Source: Bispira polyomma (taxonomy: Eukaryota). Taken from it: a stretch of 64,000 bases of DNA. The stretch spans positions 5,146,001-5,210,000 of the forward strand of contig OZ287750.1 in NCBI GenBank assembly GCA_965649765.1, given 5' to 3'. Below the pieces are notes generated by a model. The model had not been told where the DNA came from, did not search any database, and saw only the letters and a list, made by a program, of their open reading frames with translations. A program made the position numbers and the translations under genes. This document shows positions 1 to 13,375 of the stretch, in pieces (position 1 is the first letter of the stretch; every line of letters begins with the position of its first letter).

Positions 1-94
1 CTATATTAATGCTTAACATTTACATTTATTCCCCACATTGAGATCTTTTTTTAGCAGCTGGGTAGATTTACTTCCACTAAAACAATGGGTCAAG

Positions 95-308
95 GGCTGT
101 GTGGTGTATTAGTATCACACTCGTCTCCCACCTCTGTCGATCATGGGTTCGAATGTCAGCCCTAAAGTGTATGTGTGAAGGTATCTGTTGGCAGTAGACT
201 TGCTGAACGTTGGATAGTTTACATAAACCTTGGACCAACCACCTTGTTTTCCACCAGTAAACTGAGCATCGTGTATAAAGCGACATAAAACTCAATATTC
301 AAACAAAT
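95..308 (+). mobile_element. Degenerate family A-like SINE
   Basis: B box GGTTCGAAT, ttttccaccagtaaactg, tail aaagcgacataaaactcaa. Confidence 0.65.
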
Positions 309-3119
309 TAAGGAATGATACCATGACCACTGGAGTATGCTACTTTGAATATGTTTGTATGTTGTGAATTCAGTTGCAAATTTAAATGAGTAGTTCTGAC
401 CAGCCTTGAGCATTGAGCCAGGCTAGAGATTAATAAGAGTCAAGAGCCAGAGGAAGAAGCAGTATGGCTAAGAGAGGACTACTTGAGTTGTACACCAGCA
501 ACAGTTCAATTACAGCTCTTATATGACTTGTCTAATCTCTCTTGTTAACCACCAGCCATTGAGGACCTACTCTCTCCCTCTCTCTTAATTGGATCCCTGA
601 TAAGGAAAGAATTATTATTTAAACTAACTTGTCTCTACCCTCTGCCTCTACCAGGGCTATTTATTGGGCATGTTTTGCTTTTTACTGCTTGTTCTCTTAC
701 TTTAGCTAGTTGTCCTCCCCATTACTGTCCAAGTTTTTATTTCTTATAAATAGGGTTATTAATTTAGTCCCGATAGGTTTTATATAACTTCCAAGTTGTT
801 TTTTATAGCTTTACATTATAATGCATGGTTTTGTTTGTAATATTTGCTCTATATTGATTATTTTCTTGTAGTAAACCGTACAATGCATATGCTAAATTAA
901 TTTAGAGCATACATTATCATTTCCATGAGACCTTATTAACTTACTTTTACTTAACCAAAGTTTGGGCATGGGTTAGAAATCGAAAGAATTCTGTGAGGTA
1001 AAAAAAACAACAAGTAAGAGTACATAAACGATAGAAAACAACATATAATTAGTCACAGCATATCGTTTCATCTGTTACTATGACCTAGTAGATAACACAG
1101 CCGCATAGGAACACAGATTGTCTAGGTTTAATTACAGTCTCAGACGACCAGGTACAGACAAATACACATAGTGGATGACATCTTAAAATTGTGCTTCTCT
1201 GTCATTGGGTCCTATCCCTTGTGGCTGACTAAAGATACTTCGGGACATTTATAAAATGGTTATCCTCAAGCCTCTCTCTCCAGTTAAAGGAATGATAGTA
1301 AAACTGACGCTGGTTGGCAAAAGCTTCATTAACGCTTTGAATGCCAGATAAAGATAGATAAATTTGAATGCAAATACAATATAGTAGGAAAAATTTTAAA
1401 TCATCATCTGCAACTATGTCTGGTAGTAAAGTGATGGCATGTATTTTTTTCTAAATATGTTCACTTTTGACACATATTTAACTTTGGCAGCTCCTAGACA
1501 GTGTAGGCTGGTTAGGGCCATTCCCACATTGGCCAATTGGCTTGGCAACAAGCAGCGACGATTGTTGTGTAGTTGCAAAGGGCTCTACTCATTGTCCTAT
1601 TGGTGTATCCTGAACTAAAAAGTTTGTGAAAGTAGGACAACATTAACTGATAACAGGAGACAATGAGGTGCCAATATTGTACAAAACTTGTATTAACAGT
1701 AGTCTTATTACTATCATGCGACAACCGAAAATCACCCATCTCATCGCAATTTGTCGTACTGTTATCCTATCCTTGTCTCAATACTCTCTAACAGTGGTCT
1801 CATGGCTGTCCAATCTGTTTCTCCTGGGTGTGGCCTTATTGTCTCAATGATGGCAATGGAAGGTCCCATTTGTTGATTTTCCACAGCCAATTGAACACTA
1901 TCAATAGAGACAATTGCCAAAATGTTATAGCAACACTGTCATGCATTTATGCTGCCTATATGGGACTTCAGCTTTTAAGATATATAGACTGCCAAATTAC
2001 AAATTTAAAGAAGGTTGTTAGATGTTGTAGTTTGACTTTTTCCCCTTAATTCTATCACATGGCTCCCCCTCTCTACTCTCACCTATAGACAATTTCTGTC
2101 TCAAATGAGCTCTTCTTGATTGGATTTCCTGTGTCATTATGATTACATTGACTGCTGAATACCAAATACTACCCCGCCCTTCTCCCCCTCCTCCCCCCCC
2201 CACACACACCCTTACCCCAGCCCCTTCCTGTCTTCCACTGACCTCCCACCCCACACTTCACTACCTCCTTCAGTCCACTTCTTGAATACAGCTAACATAT
2301 TGGCCATACTTGTCATAATTAATTGCTACTCTTGCTGCAAGAAGCCATTTGTTTGCATCTGGTCCCCCTCTTTCACATAGAATATATTTGTACAGACTTT
2401 TTTTCTATAACACTACTCTGTTATGCAGTGTTTACACCTTCATCTCTAAATGTCTGTGCATCAATATATCATGTGAATTTGCATTGATAGATTTTTCAGC
2501 AATTCATGGATAAGACCATTCAATAAAACAAAAAAGACATCAAAATTGTTAATTCATTTTGGATCAATGTCCATTACCACATTAGCCTGTTCTTGTTTTC
2601 TTAAATGAATCTATATTTTTCTGGAATACTTACATTCAAGAAGTGTTGGTCATATTGTAACCCTTCAATATCTGGCTAGAATTTGGTGGTATTTTATACA
2701 AACATTCACAACATCATGGCAAATATCCTTGTAAGCATCATCTAAAATAATAACATCTTGTATTATTTATCTTCGACATTATTCAATGAGTTATAATTAC
2801 AGACTTGGAATTCTTCTATGTAAGAATAGCACAATATTAATTACCATAAATATTTGATTAATCTGTATTGTACCAAAAGCTACAATGGCCATCTAATTGA
2901 TCTTTATGAATGGGCTAGGTTCAACCTAAAATTATAAGTGAGATTGAATTCACTGATAATAATGGTATTGGTATGATTCAGTGGCGCCACATAAACTGGT
3001 CTCAGCACAAGGGTCGTTATAATTCAATACAAACTCATCCTATGGTATATAAATATATGCATCAAAGTAATTTTTATTTTACATTTTCATTTTAGCTGGA
3101 CCCTCTTTAAGTATAATAG

Positions 3120-3281
3120 AATCCTACCCACCCAAGGTTCCTCCTGTACAACCCACATCTTTCGTTATGACTTTGCTATGTCCATGGACTACACGATTGG
3201 ATCCCTGATTCTGTTGTTGCACTTTAGAAGATGCCAAACACCCATAAAGCATGTTAAAAATCCGTAATGATAATAATAATA
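3120..3281 (+). mobile_element. 3'-end fragment of the same L2 family
   Basis: Aligns with 33295-33453 (gactttgc.atgtccatggact...gattgga...tgattctg.tgttgcactttagaagatg...ataaagc.tgttaaaaatc) and ends in (TAA)n. Confidence 0.85.
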
Positions 3282-4932
3282 GGTTTGATTATATTTTTTT
3301 AAAACTGTTCATATCTATTGTAGAATAATCGCATTGAAAGCATTACACTGCACACCCCCTCCGAGGGACTTCCCATTATGGATCTCAATATACACATTCC
3401 AAAACAGTACAAATGCACTTTGAAACAGTACAAACGTGTATGTTCGCAATAAAGGTGCCACCAACACACTTGAATCGTGTTGCGGACTTTTTTCTTAAGG
3501 GACAATGACCCTATTTGAGAGAGAGGTAGCGTCTGCCAATAGGAAATCATAAGCAATGGATGTAGATTACAAATGTGCAGGTGTCGGGGCATGTAAGCAT
3601 AGAAAATGGAAAGGCGGAACGTGGAAGTGAGAGAAGCCCTTAAATCTATGACTTACCAAACATTGATGTGTCTCTATTAATGTTAAGTATATTAATAAAT
3701 CCAGCCATAAGTCTACACTTTAGAGCTTTAGGGTCTTTAACGTTTCTTAACCATGCTATATCCTACTTAAAAGTTCTCTATATTATAGATATATCCCCCT
3801 TTCATCTGACGTAAAGGCCACCCTCTGTTTTAATCCTGAAACATCTATATTTTTCTCCTTTTGCACTTTTTCCCCCTTGAAATATATTCTGCTCACACAG
3901 AGATGCATATATAAAAAATTACAGAACAAGATCTGTTCAATTACCCACTATGGGTTCTTTTGATCTGATTTAACAGTAGTTCTCATTTCCCAAGCTATTT
4001 ACCCTGGACGTATTTCAGCAAACACAAATGGATTAAAGGAGCCAGCCAGAGATTTCTGACGGAAGTTCAGTGCAAATAGAGCAGATTATAAGCCTGTAGA
4101 ATAAGCCACCTTCCTCCCTCCACCCCATCGTCTCAACCCCCAAAACCTTATTGGGATGCTACTCTAAGAAAAAGCACAAAATGACAGCCACCCCTAAATT
4201 GACTATGGAGGAAATTAAGAAACTAAAACAGATCAATTACACCTAATAATGGCTATTTTGTGGGTTCTGTATATCATAACATTTTAGTGGTGTTGTAAAG
4301 AATTGGATGTGACACCCCTCCCCTATCTCTTCTCTCTCTGTGTCTGGCTGGGATATGTATAAAGGGACACAGCATGCCCAACTTGTCCCAACAGGGGGAG
4401 ATGGGGGAGAGGGGGTACTTTGGACACCCCTAAACAGATTTATTAGGAGCAGTATGCTTGGTAATAAACTGTAATGGCCTCTTGCATTAGTAATGGATCA
4501 TTTTCTCAATACATTGGGTCATTTCCACTTTGAGTATTTACCCTTGATTCATTGCTGTAGGAGACAATTTGAAGTAGCTAATCGTAGGAGATTGCAGGAG
4601 CAAAAGGAAAGTGGAGGAGGGTGATACAGCAATTTCCTTGGGCACATTGTCTATTATTTGGAGAGAGATTTTTAACAGAATAAGCCTATGTGCTTAATAA
4701 ATCACTTAGTAAATAGCAATGTGTTTTTGTAGTTGTGTCTTGGATATCGTTAAGTAGGAGAGCAAGGTGCTATAGAAGTATGAGTATTGTATTAATACAT
4801 ATAGTTGAGTTTGACCACGGACTCACATGATTAGTATTTTACAATAAGTAGATAGTATGCCAATTAGATCAACCAGATATTAATACACTATACATCAATA
4901 TTTGAATGATTCTGAGAGATATGAAAAGGCTA

Positions 4933-5137
4933 GTGTTCGGTGGTGTAGTGGTAACAAACCCGCCTCCCAAGCTCTGCATTTATCGTTTCGAATTTCGGGG
5001 CTGACATTTATATGGGAAAGTTTGCAGTGCACCTGGTGACAGTCAGTGGTTTGCAGAGCCGAAAAACATCATGAAACACTGTGTTCTGATTTCCTCCAGT
5101 CGTGATAGGACACAAGACATGTTATAAACCCAACTAA
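4933..5137 (+). mobile_element. Degenerate family A-like SINE
   Basis: GGTGGTGTAGTGG A box, TTCGAAT, atgggaaagtttg, tttcctcca, taaacccaactaa tail. Confidence 0.7.
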
Positions 5138-5169
5138 TTCTAGCCTGAGATGTTGAGTTTAAGGTACAG

Positions 5170-5276
5170 GGGCCGTATTCACAAAAGGTCTTAGCCAGGG
5201 CTTAGGCTTAAATTTAGCACAAAAGTATACTGATTTAAGCCTAAGACTGGGCTAAGTCCCTTCATGAATACGGCCC
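5170..5276. mobile_element. 107-bp PIF/Harbinger-type MITE
   Basis: TIRs GGGCCGTATTCA / TGAATACGGCCC; nearly the whole element is a fold-back; 3-bp TSD CAG (5167-5169, 5277-5279). Confidence 0.88.
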
Positions 5277-5370
5277 CAGAACACATATCCAGATCTCTTA
5301 TATATGCAAACAACCTCTACTTTTGACCATTCAGCTTTATAGGGCTTTCTGCATTGAATTGAGTGACCAT

Positions 5371-5847
5371 GGGGGCCCAGTGGTTAGAAGTTCCTGGTTC
5401 CCAATCACTGGCCTCGCACCAATGTGGGTTGGAATTTGAATTGGCATATTTAACGTCCACTCTAGTACCTGTTTAGGTTATATTGGGACGGGTAGTTGGA
5501 AACGCTGGAGGAAACATTGCATACAGTTGATCAAGGATCTGCACTGAAACCAGCGGCCCACAGTAAAGAACTACCACCTTTCCCACATCCAAGGAAGTCA
5601 AACCCACGCAAGCCCATCCCAGAGGTGAGAGACCAGTGATTGTGAAGCGCAATGCTTGCTAACCACTAGGCCACCACGGCCCCCCCAAATTGGGTTAGAA
5701 TCCTTGTCGTCACTTCACGTGGGGAAGTTTGTCAGGTAATTGCAGTAGGTCGGTGTTTTACTGTGCTGGTTTGTTCCACCATTGAATCTGGCAGTCATAA
5801 TATAACCTAAGCTGTTGAACGTGATGTAAAACTCAATTTAATTCAAA
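5371..5847 (+). mobile_element. Older family A SINE interrupted by the 5436-5690 insertion
   Basis: Head 5371-5435 continues at 5691 with the B-box remnant, ggggaagtttgtcaggtaattgc core and gctgttgaacgtgatgtaaaactcaa tail. Confidence 0.8.
5436..5690 (-). mobile_element. Young family A SINE nested in an older SINE
   Basis: Reverse complement closely matches 28564-28815; flanked by TGGGTTGGAAT (5425-5435) and TGGGTTAGAAT (5691-5701). Confidence 0.9.
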
Positions 5848-8800
5848 GTCAGCACTGAATTCAAACATTGAGACAGTTTTTACTGAAATTCACCCCAGCC
5901 AGAGATAATGGGACTTCAGATTTGAGTCTAAGTTGAGGTTCTACTGTAGAGTTACCGATTATTCTATTATAGCTTTGTTGCATTAAGGAGAAAGTTTAAT
6001 CCAAGATCAATATTGTAAGCATTAATAAGAAACTAAGCAGAACAAGGTCAGCTAGATATGAATCCACCCTGTTTCCTTTATTGAATAATTTTAAGAGATA
6101 GAAGTGTAGGCTAGTGTCCTTATTCTTTAAAGACACTTAAACCCACAACTCTGGTAAAGGCATGGTGTAACTCCTATTTATATGGAAGCAACTTTGAGCT
6201 ATGACACCATTCAGTTTAGACCTGTCTTTCTGCACCTAAATTCAAATATGCAGTCAGATTTTACTCTCAGGGTCTGTCAGAGTATCAATAGTCTAAAAAT
6301 ATATAACCACTTCACACTCACTAAAACATAACACAATTCAGAAAATAGATCAGATCAACTATTTTTACCATCACATGACCTTTACAATTGAAATGATGAA
6401 GAATGGAAGCTGATAAGTGTTGTAATAACAGTGAAATCGGACATGAAACTCAGCCTGTGGTAGCATCCATCAATGTTGTGTTTTTTTCTGTTTCAACACG
6501 CCCTCCCTGTCAATGGTTTGCCTGATGTGCTCCTGTTAGTCACTGTCACCTGTGGAGATGTGATAGCACTTATTACAGAAATCAAGAGGGGCTGTTTTTT
6601 CTCTCTCACAGATTTCTCACTTCATTGTGTCACTCACACTTCCAGAGAATTTGCTGATGGAAATTCAACATGTTGCAAACTCATATGTCAAGGAATGGTT
6701 ATTTTTAACTCTCTTTTTATGTATCTTTAACCTACAGAAAACCTAGACATATATCAAAAATACCATTTGCAGAATAAGAAATACATGAGTTTTTTTGTTG
6801 TTGGAATGTTCAAGTTGTGCTCAAACGTGGCCTAGAGGTAATCACTTGATTCTAGAGATAAGGAGGTTCTTTGGTTTAACTTCATGTTTCGGAGTTGGTC
6901 TGGTGATCAGAAGGTCTCAGGTTTGACTCCTGATAACACTGTAGTGGTCATTTGGGGATAGAATCCCTGGCTAAGGTGTGAACATGCCTTTGGAGTAACA
7001 CATAAGAACTAATTAAATTAGCTAGTCAGTCTGAAAAAAAAAATATTTAAGTACCAGCAGAAGTTTAGATTTTAAGTGACAATGTCCATGAAAATAAATG
7101 TAAATCTGTTTGGTGCTGAGGTTGGGTTGATAGAGGTTCTTAGTGTTGTCAGGTTCCTGAGCTTTGATGCTGCCAAGAGTAAATGGCCAAGAGTTTTACA
7201 TATTGTCCTCGAAGAATAGAATCTTGATTAATTGAAAATAATGGTATCTGTTTACCTGTGAATGGACTCGTATTTCAGTTTACACAATACAAAAAGGAAT
7301 TCTGTGCTCCTTAAGTTACTACTTCTCAGTGTTCAGATGATATGACCAGGTAATTATGAGTCATCAGAAAGGTCTTCTCCATCTTATGAAACCTAAATAT
7401 TTAGATTTTTTAAATCATGTGAGTTGCAGCCAGTTACATCTACCCTCATATTGTCGCAATACATTGCTCACAGCGGGGAAGGTGATGTTAAAATTGCCAA
7501 GGCCGTGTTGACTATACATTGCCATCGCAAGGATCGCACAGTAGTTGAGCAAAGATTTCTTCTGTCGTGTATTGGTCGCACCATGCTCGCCTAATCAGAC
7601 CCCCAATTGTTTCAATGGAGAATATGATGTGTTCCCAACTTGACCCACAATCGACTCTACTGTCCATTGCATATTGCATGCGGACCAGTCACTATAGTAG
7701 CTTCTAAATCGAGTACAACCCGTTTATGACTAGTGCGAATTGTAGGCTTCGTTAGTTCACCTAGAATACCCCTGAAGTCGTTAGTCGTGAAAGTACCAAA
7801 TTATGTTATTTGTTTCAAATAACAAACTATGTTATTTGTTTCATTGCTTAGCTTTGAAAATTAATAAAAAACCAATAAAACATCTTTTCTGCTTTTCTAC
7901 TCAGTTAACTTATCTTACCGAAAAATTTTAGGAAAGTTTCGCCTTAATGTTTTAAAAATAGCCTTTTTACAATGGCAAATCAAGCAAAGGCGATGTTGGT
8001 GATTTCATTTTTTTCTCTAGTTTCACTACACATACATTTACTGCTGCTCCTCAAATGGCTTTTAAGTTGATGCATATAAGATAGAAGATATTCGAAACCA
8101 TTAAAAAAAAACACAAAATCTACTCCCATCAAGTACCAAAGAGAAGGCGACCATAAATTAGCAGAATGGGACACACAAGGGTTGGGCCATAGCTTCTTGA
8201 ATGGATGGCCTTATTCCGTGAGTGTGTCATAGATATTGCACTCTAATTTGCTCTTCTGAGACAAATAGTTCTCAGCAAAAATGGGCTAAACATCACTTAA
8301 CTGCTTCAGATTGTGTGTATGTGACAGTAAGTCTTGTCCCTTTTTTGGTGTTGATCTCAACAAAGAGAGATTGTCTTAATTAGAGAGGCAATTTATATTT
8401 AGCAAATTGGTTTTCCTTCTTCTGTCTCCAAAGTGTCATGGCATATTAGGTAGAATAATAAAGTTACTTATGCTTACATAATCCAAAGCTTTCAAATCTC
8501 ATTTTTATTTGTAATTTTAAACAGACATTACACACCACTTTTAAGTTTCTTGATTATGTTTATTACAAATCTTAACATATTGTAATGACTTTGACAATAT
8601 CCTCAGCCATAACTATTACATACATTTTTTTCCGTAATCTTAAACACACATTCCACCACAGATTTTAAGCTTCTGCATTATGCTTATTACAAAACATTAT
8701 CCAACTCTAACAATATTCTCAACCATCCACAGTATCAGAATTTATTTTAAACAAATTTTATTGCATATATAATATCTCATTAATATTAAAATGACGGCAG

Positions 8801-9827
8801 TCATTCTTAAATTTACCAAGCTTTATGCACCTCATTTTTTATTATGTCGTTTTGGCCATAGCTTTAACGATATGCATATTATTACATCCAAATGTGTTAC
8901 TATTTTGTGTGACATGTATATTCTATATTGACACTTCGATAATCCAAAGAGTGAGTACAACTTGTTTAACAGCTTAAAACACACTTGCCCTAGCAGCATC
9001 CTTGTGGATGTCAACCCAAGGTTTTTCCGGTGACAGCAGTGCTGAAACTACTAGTGATGACCTAATTTAGTGCTGAGTAGCACCAAGGTACCAATCCATT
9101 CCCAAGTTCCATGCCAATTGATGGTTAATGTGTGAAAGCTTCTAATTTCCTGGCTTTAACCCTTCCTGTAACTGATACCTTGTTTTCGTGAGTCTGCCAA
9201 TGCATCCCACATCACAAGGTAATAATTAGTCTTATTTTAGATGGGATGCTGTGGCTTCATTTGTGTAAAAACAAGTATGTATACTTTTGAGGCACTAAAG
9301 CTATATTAGTCCTTTGATGGTGTTCATTGAAAAAATACTTTCACCAGGTAATTTAAATTACCTGTTCATTATTATTGGTAAATTGGCAGAAAAAAATCCT
9401 GGAGCATACCTAAATTATATGAAAATGGGCGTGACTGATGGTTTATGTAAATATGTTGAGAATACTATACAACTAATCTAAGAATAACGACATTCAAGGC
9501 AGTATATGAAAATGGAATAACTATAAAAAAAAAAAAACATCAGTGACACTAAATGTGATTGTAATAGATCTTAAAAACATGTCATTATATGTCATTAATA
9601 TACATCCTGTTTTTACCTAATTATGGTTGTTGGTGTTTGAATATTTTACAAATTTTATTTGGGTTACATTGTGTCACATTTGATTGCCATTCGAGTATAC
9701 ATTGACATCTAAAATACTAGCAATACATATCCATTAAATGTTTATCATATCATTGTAGTTTAACAATTTGCATTTAATTTTGGGTAGTTGTAAATAGGAG
9801 CCACACTGCGGTGGATGCAAATTGTAT

Positions 9828-9900
9828 AATTTGATATCACCAATATGTATCACCACTTGTGACCAATTTGATATCACCAATATGTATCACCACTTATGAC
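9828..9900. repeat. 37-bp tandem duplication
   Basis: aatttgatatcaccaatatgtatcaccactt at 9828 and 9865. Confidence 0.85.
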
Positions 9901-10580
9901 GTAGACTTTGAGCATCTGTGACATATATAATGTGACATGTGGGGTTACCCATGTAAATAACCTGTACATAGTTGGCATAATGTAGCAAATATGTCACTAG
10001 GCAAGATATGCTCTACCTCTTTCTACAAACTCTGTATTGTTCGGTAAAGATATCTCACTCAAAGACAATCATTTATGGTAGTCAACCTACAAGCTTCGTC
10101 TTACAACTATGTCACAGCATTGTTGTAATAAGGACAACACATATATGTTGTTATACCCGATTTTTCTTATTACATAAATTGATCATTCTGTAAAATACTT
10201 GTGCTTTAATATGCTCTGGACACTAAAACCTGCTTTTTTTCACACTTAAAGTTTTTTTTCTTCTGTAACCTTGTTTATCTACACATGTAAACAAAAAATT
10301 CCAGTCAGCCTTCAGAGCAGCTTTATTTTATGAACCCCCTGTAATGTGATTTCCTTTTCATTGCCTCAGTAAAGGTCCCTCATTTTTAAGTCTCATTGAG
10401 TCCTGTGTTGTATGAGATTCAAACACTCAGATCTCAGCAGATATAAAAAATGTCTAATGGATGGCTAATGCAATATGGCAGAACCAAGGGTTAGGATTAG
10501 GGAGTTGTTAAAGATACCATAGCTTCAACGATTGCTGCTCCTGTAAAAACAATACCGCACCTTTGTTGACCTTTCGCTAA

Positions 10581-11255
10581 GCCTACGCTTCTTTCAGCAC
10601 ATTCCGACGTCGGCTGATGTTGTGCTTCCTGTTAGCAGATATATACTAAAAATTTGTCGCATATTAATGTTGAAAATGGCCTAAGAAAGCTTATTTTATT
10701 GTAATTGCAGTGCTTTTTTTCCACCAAAATTCGTTGAGAAACGGCTGAGATATATACAGTTCAGTAAGGGTACCCATTTTTACTTTCTGGTGTGTATTCT
10801 GTAAAGTAGCTACAAAACTGACGTCATTATGACGTTATGTGACATTTTATTACACTATAAGGACAAAGTTTAGTGGGATACCCACCTATAAACTTAAATA
10901 TCTGAGCCGTTCTTAATAGATTTTGGTGGGGGGAAAAACCACAGTAATCACAATAAAATAACCTTTCTCATGTCATTTTCAAAGTCAATATCTGACGAGT
11001 ATTGAGTATGTATGGGATGAAAACTATACCTATGATAGCATTTTTGCAACCATTTTTGTTTCAAAATCGGTCAGTCCTCCCGATGTTTTTTCCTCCCTGA
11101 CAGATAAATTCTGTTAACCCAGCAGACGTCGGCTGACGTCTGATCTGATCTGTTGCAAAATATGCTGAAAGGAACCACTTGGTAGTATTGTCTAATGAGC
11201 GAAAAAAAATCGGCCTATGTCGGCCAAGAAAAACATGCTGAAAGGAAGCGTAGGC
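10581..11255. mobile_element. 675-bp PIF/Harbinger-type MITE
   Basis: ~20-bp TIRs GCCTACGCTTC(C)TTTCAGCA, TSD TAA (10578-10580, 11256-11258), internal inverted arms ~10665-10755 and ~10898-10985. Confidence 0.85.
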
Positions 11256-13189
11256 TAACACTATTGTTCTTACAAAAAATAGAACTTACAATAATTTTTT
11301 AACATAAATTGTGACTGGCCTGTCTTACAGTTTTAATTTTTTTATCACTGTTTGTAAAATGTCATCTAAGAATTATAAGCCACAGTTGTGACAGGGTGGC
11401 AGGCCAAACAGGTTAAGATACTATAAGTTTGATGATTGTGGCTTCTGCAACATAAAGCACCTATGGTAACCTTTTGTGAACAGAATTGTTCTTACAAAAA
11501 AAAAATCAAATTACAACATGTATTTTTTCACATTTAACACAAAGACATAAATAATGACTGAGCTGACCTTCAGTTATAATTTGAATAGAGAATGTCATCC
11601 ATGAATGATATAGTAAATAGTAGAATTACTATAGTAAATAGTATTTTACAGCAGTCATGAAGCATTTATCAAGGACAATTAAGTTTAAAAGAATTTCTAA
11701 TTTATTCAATGTTTTACAATAAGTTAAACTTCTGCGCCATATAATCAATGTCCAGGAATAAAACTCCAAAAAGAGTAATTTGGTAGGAGAAAGTGTGCAT
11801 GATCTATCAATTGTGCTTACAGCTGGGCGACATGTCAAGGTATTGATGCCATATTTGACAATGTGCCAAGATGCTGATAATTTTTATATCCCAAACCTTA
11901 TTGTCAAAACATAGAGGCTTCCCTGTCTTACATTATACCAAGCAATGTCATTATAAAGCATGTCAGAGCCGGTTTATGGTCAAGTAATTATATGAATTAT
12001 TTCATAGTACAGAGTATGTTAAGACATGAAATACGTCATTTCTTACAGTATCTCCAAGCATTCTTTTAGAGTATGTCATCCTTGTACACCATATTAATAA
12101 TTTTATACCTCAAAGCATGTTGATATGATATGATGAAATGATGGATTTCTAACGCGTCTAACTGATGGCAGGCATCTTCTAAAGTGCAACACCATTGGCA
12201 AAGTTGTTTAATGGTAGTCTGTGTGTTAAAATGTGAAGGATCACAACACTTCACCTGGAGTATGACATGGCAATAACTGCATCCTGTCTTAGAGTAAGTT
12301 TGGATATTTAAAATTACAGTCCACCATACATTTGGTTTGGGAATTAATTGAGTCCTCAGTTTATGCAATGGTCTGGGGATACATGTGACGTCATACCTTA
12401 CACGGTTGGAGAGCAATAATGATTGTATACACTGATCTTTGTCTTTAAGAATGTTAGGACATTGATACCTTATAGAAGATTGTTCTGTAAAGAAGAAACG
12501 TTGCTACATTGCTATATCTTCTTCAATCATGAAACAATGATCCATTATGTAAACTAATGGGTGATATACGGGAATTAATTGACATCCCTGGTTATATAAA
12601 GAAACAAGTACTCATGAATTTATTCCCTACCTTTTTTCACTCTGCATTTATTGGTGTGATTTAATTTTGTAACACTTGACACGATTGTAATGCTTTTTTT
12701 GTTCCTATGATGTAACATGAGATAAATATTATCAAAGCCAAATGGTAGATTTACACTTTAACATGATGAACACTAATCAAAAGATGAAAAGACGTCTTAT
12801 TAAATTAACTTGGCTACGTGTGGGTGTAATCTATAGGCATCCTTTTGATAAAGCCATTAAAGTGAATGTCATGATCTTTATATCTGAGTATATTACAGTT
12901 TACAGTTCCACTCACATCAGTGTTACTGAAGTACTGTGACAAAAGATGGCTAAACTGATTCTACGAGGGTGTTCACAGAACAGAAAGTAAAGACAAATAT
13001 ATATTGATGCATTAGGGGTTTTTATTGTAATATTGTATTGTTACCCATATAAGTTATACCATATATACAATGACATTGTGTCAGGAAAAACACAATTTAA
13101 CAAGAACTTAGTTACTCACATTTATTCTAAGACACACAGTTAACATTTATTGTTGGGGTTTTTTATAAGTGGAATTTATATTTTGTTTC

Positions 13190-13375
13190 ATATTGAGTTT
13201 TTATTAGTCCTGCTATGTAAATATTCAAATTTCATCAGCCAAATTTCACATATGTTTCAGTTTATCCAACTTATTACAAATTATAATTCTCTCTTACCCA
13301 TATTTAGCATTAAGACTTCCTATTCAAGCTCTTACCTACTATCATCAGCAAACTTAAAAATCTGCACTACTTTCT
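13190..13375 (-). mobile_element. Highly decayed CR1-like RT fragment
   Basis: Minus strand gives KFADDS, then LDKL and CEIWLMKF in shifted frames, matching the order FADD...DLDKL..W...WLM.F; many stops. Confidence 0.5.

Noticed and set aside
7770-7800. Hammerhead ribozyme-like ctgaag...gaaa
   Set aside because: Lacks the CUGANGA core and supporting stems.
11629-12416. Possible decayed coding sequence (also 16817-17200)
   Set aside because: No recognisable protein motifs; a translated search would be needed.
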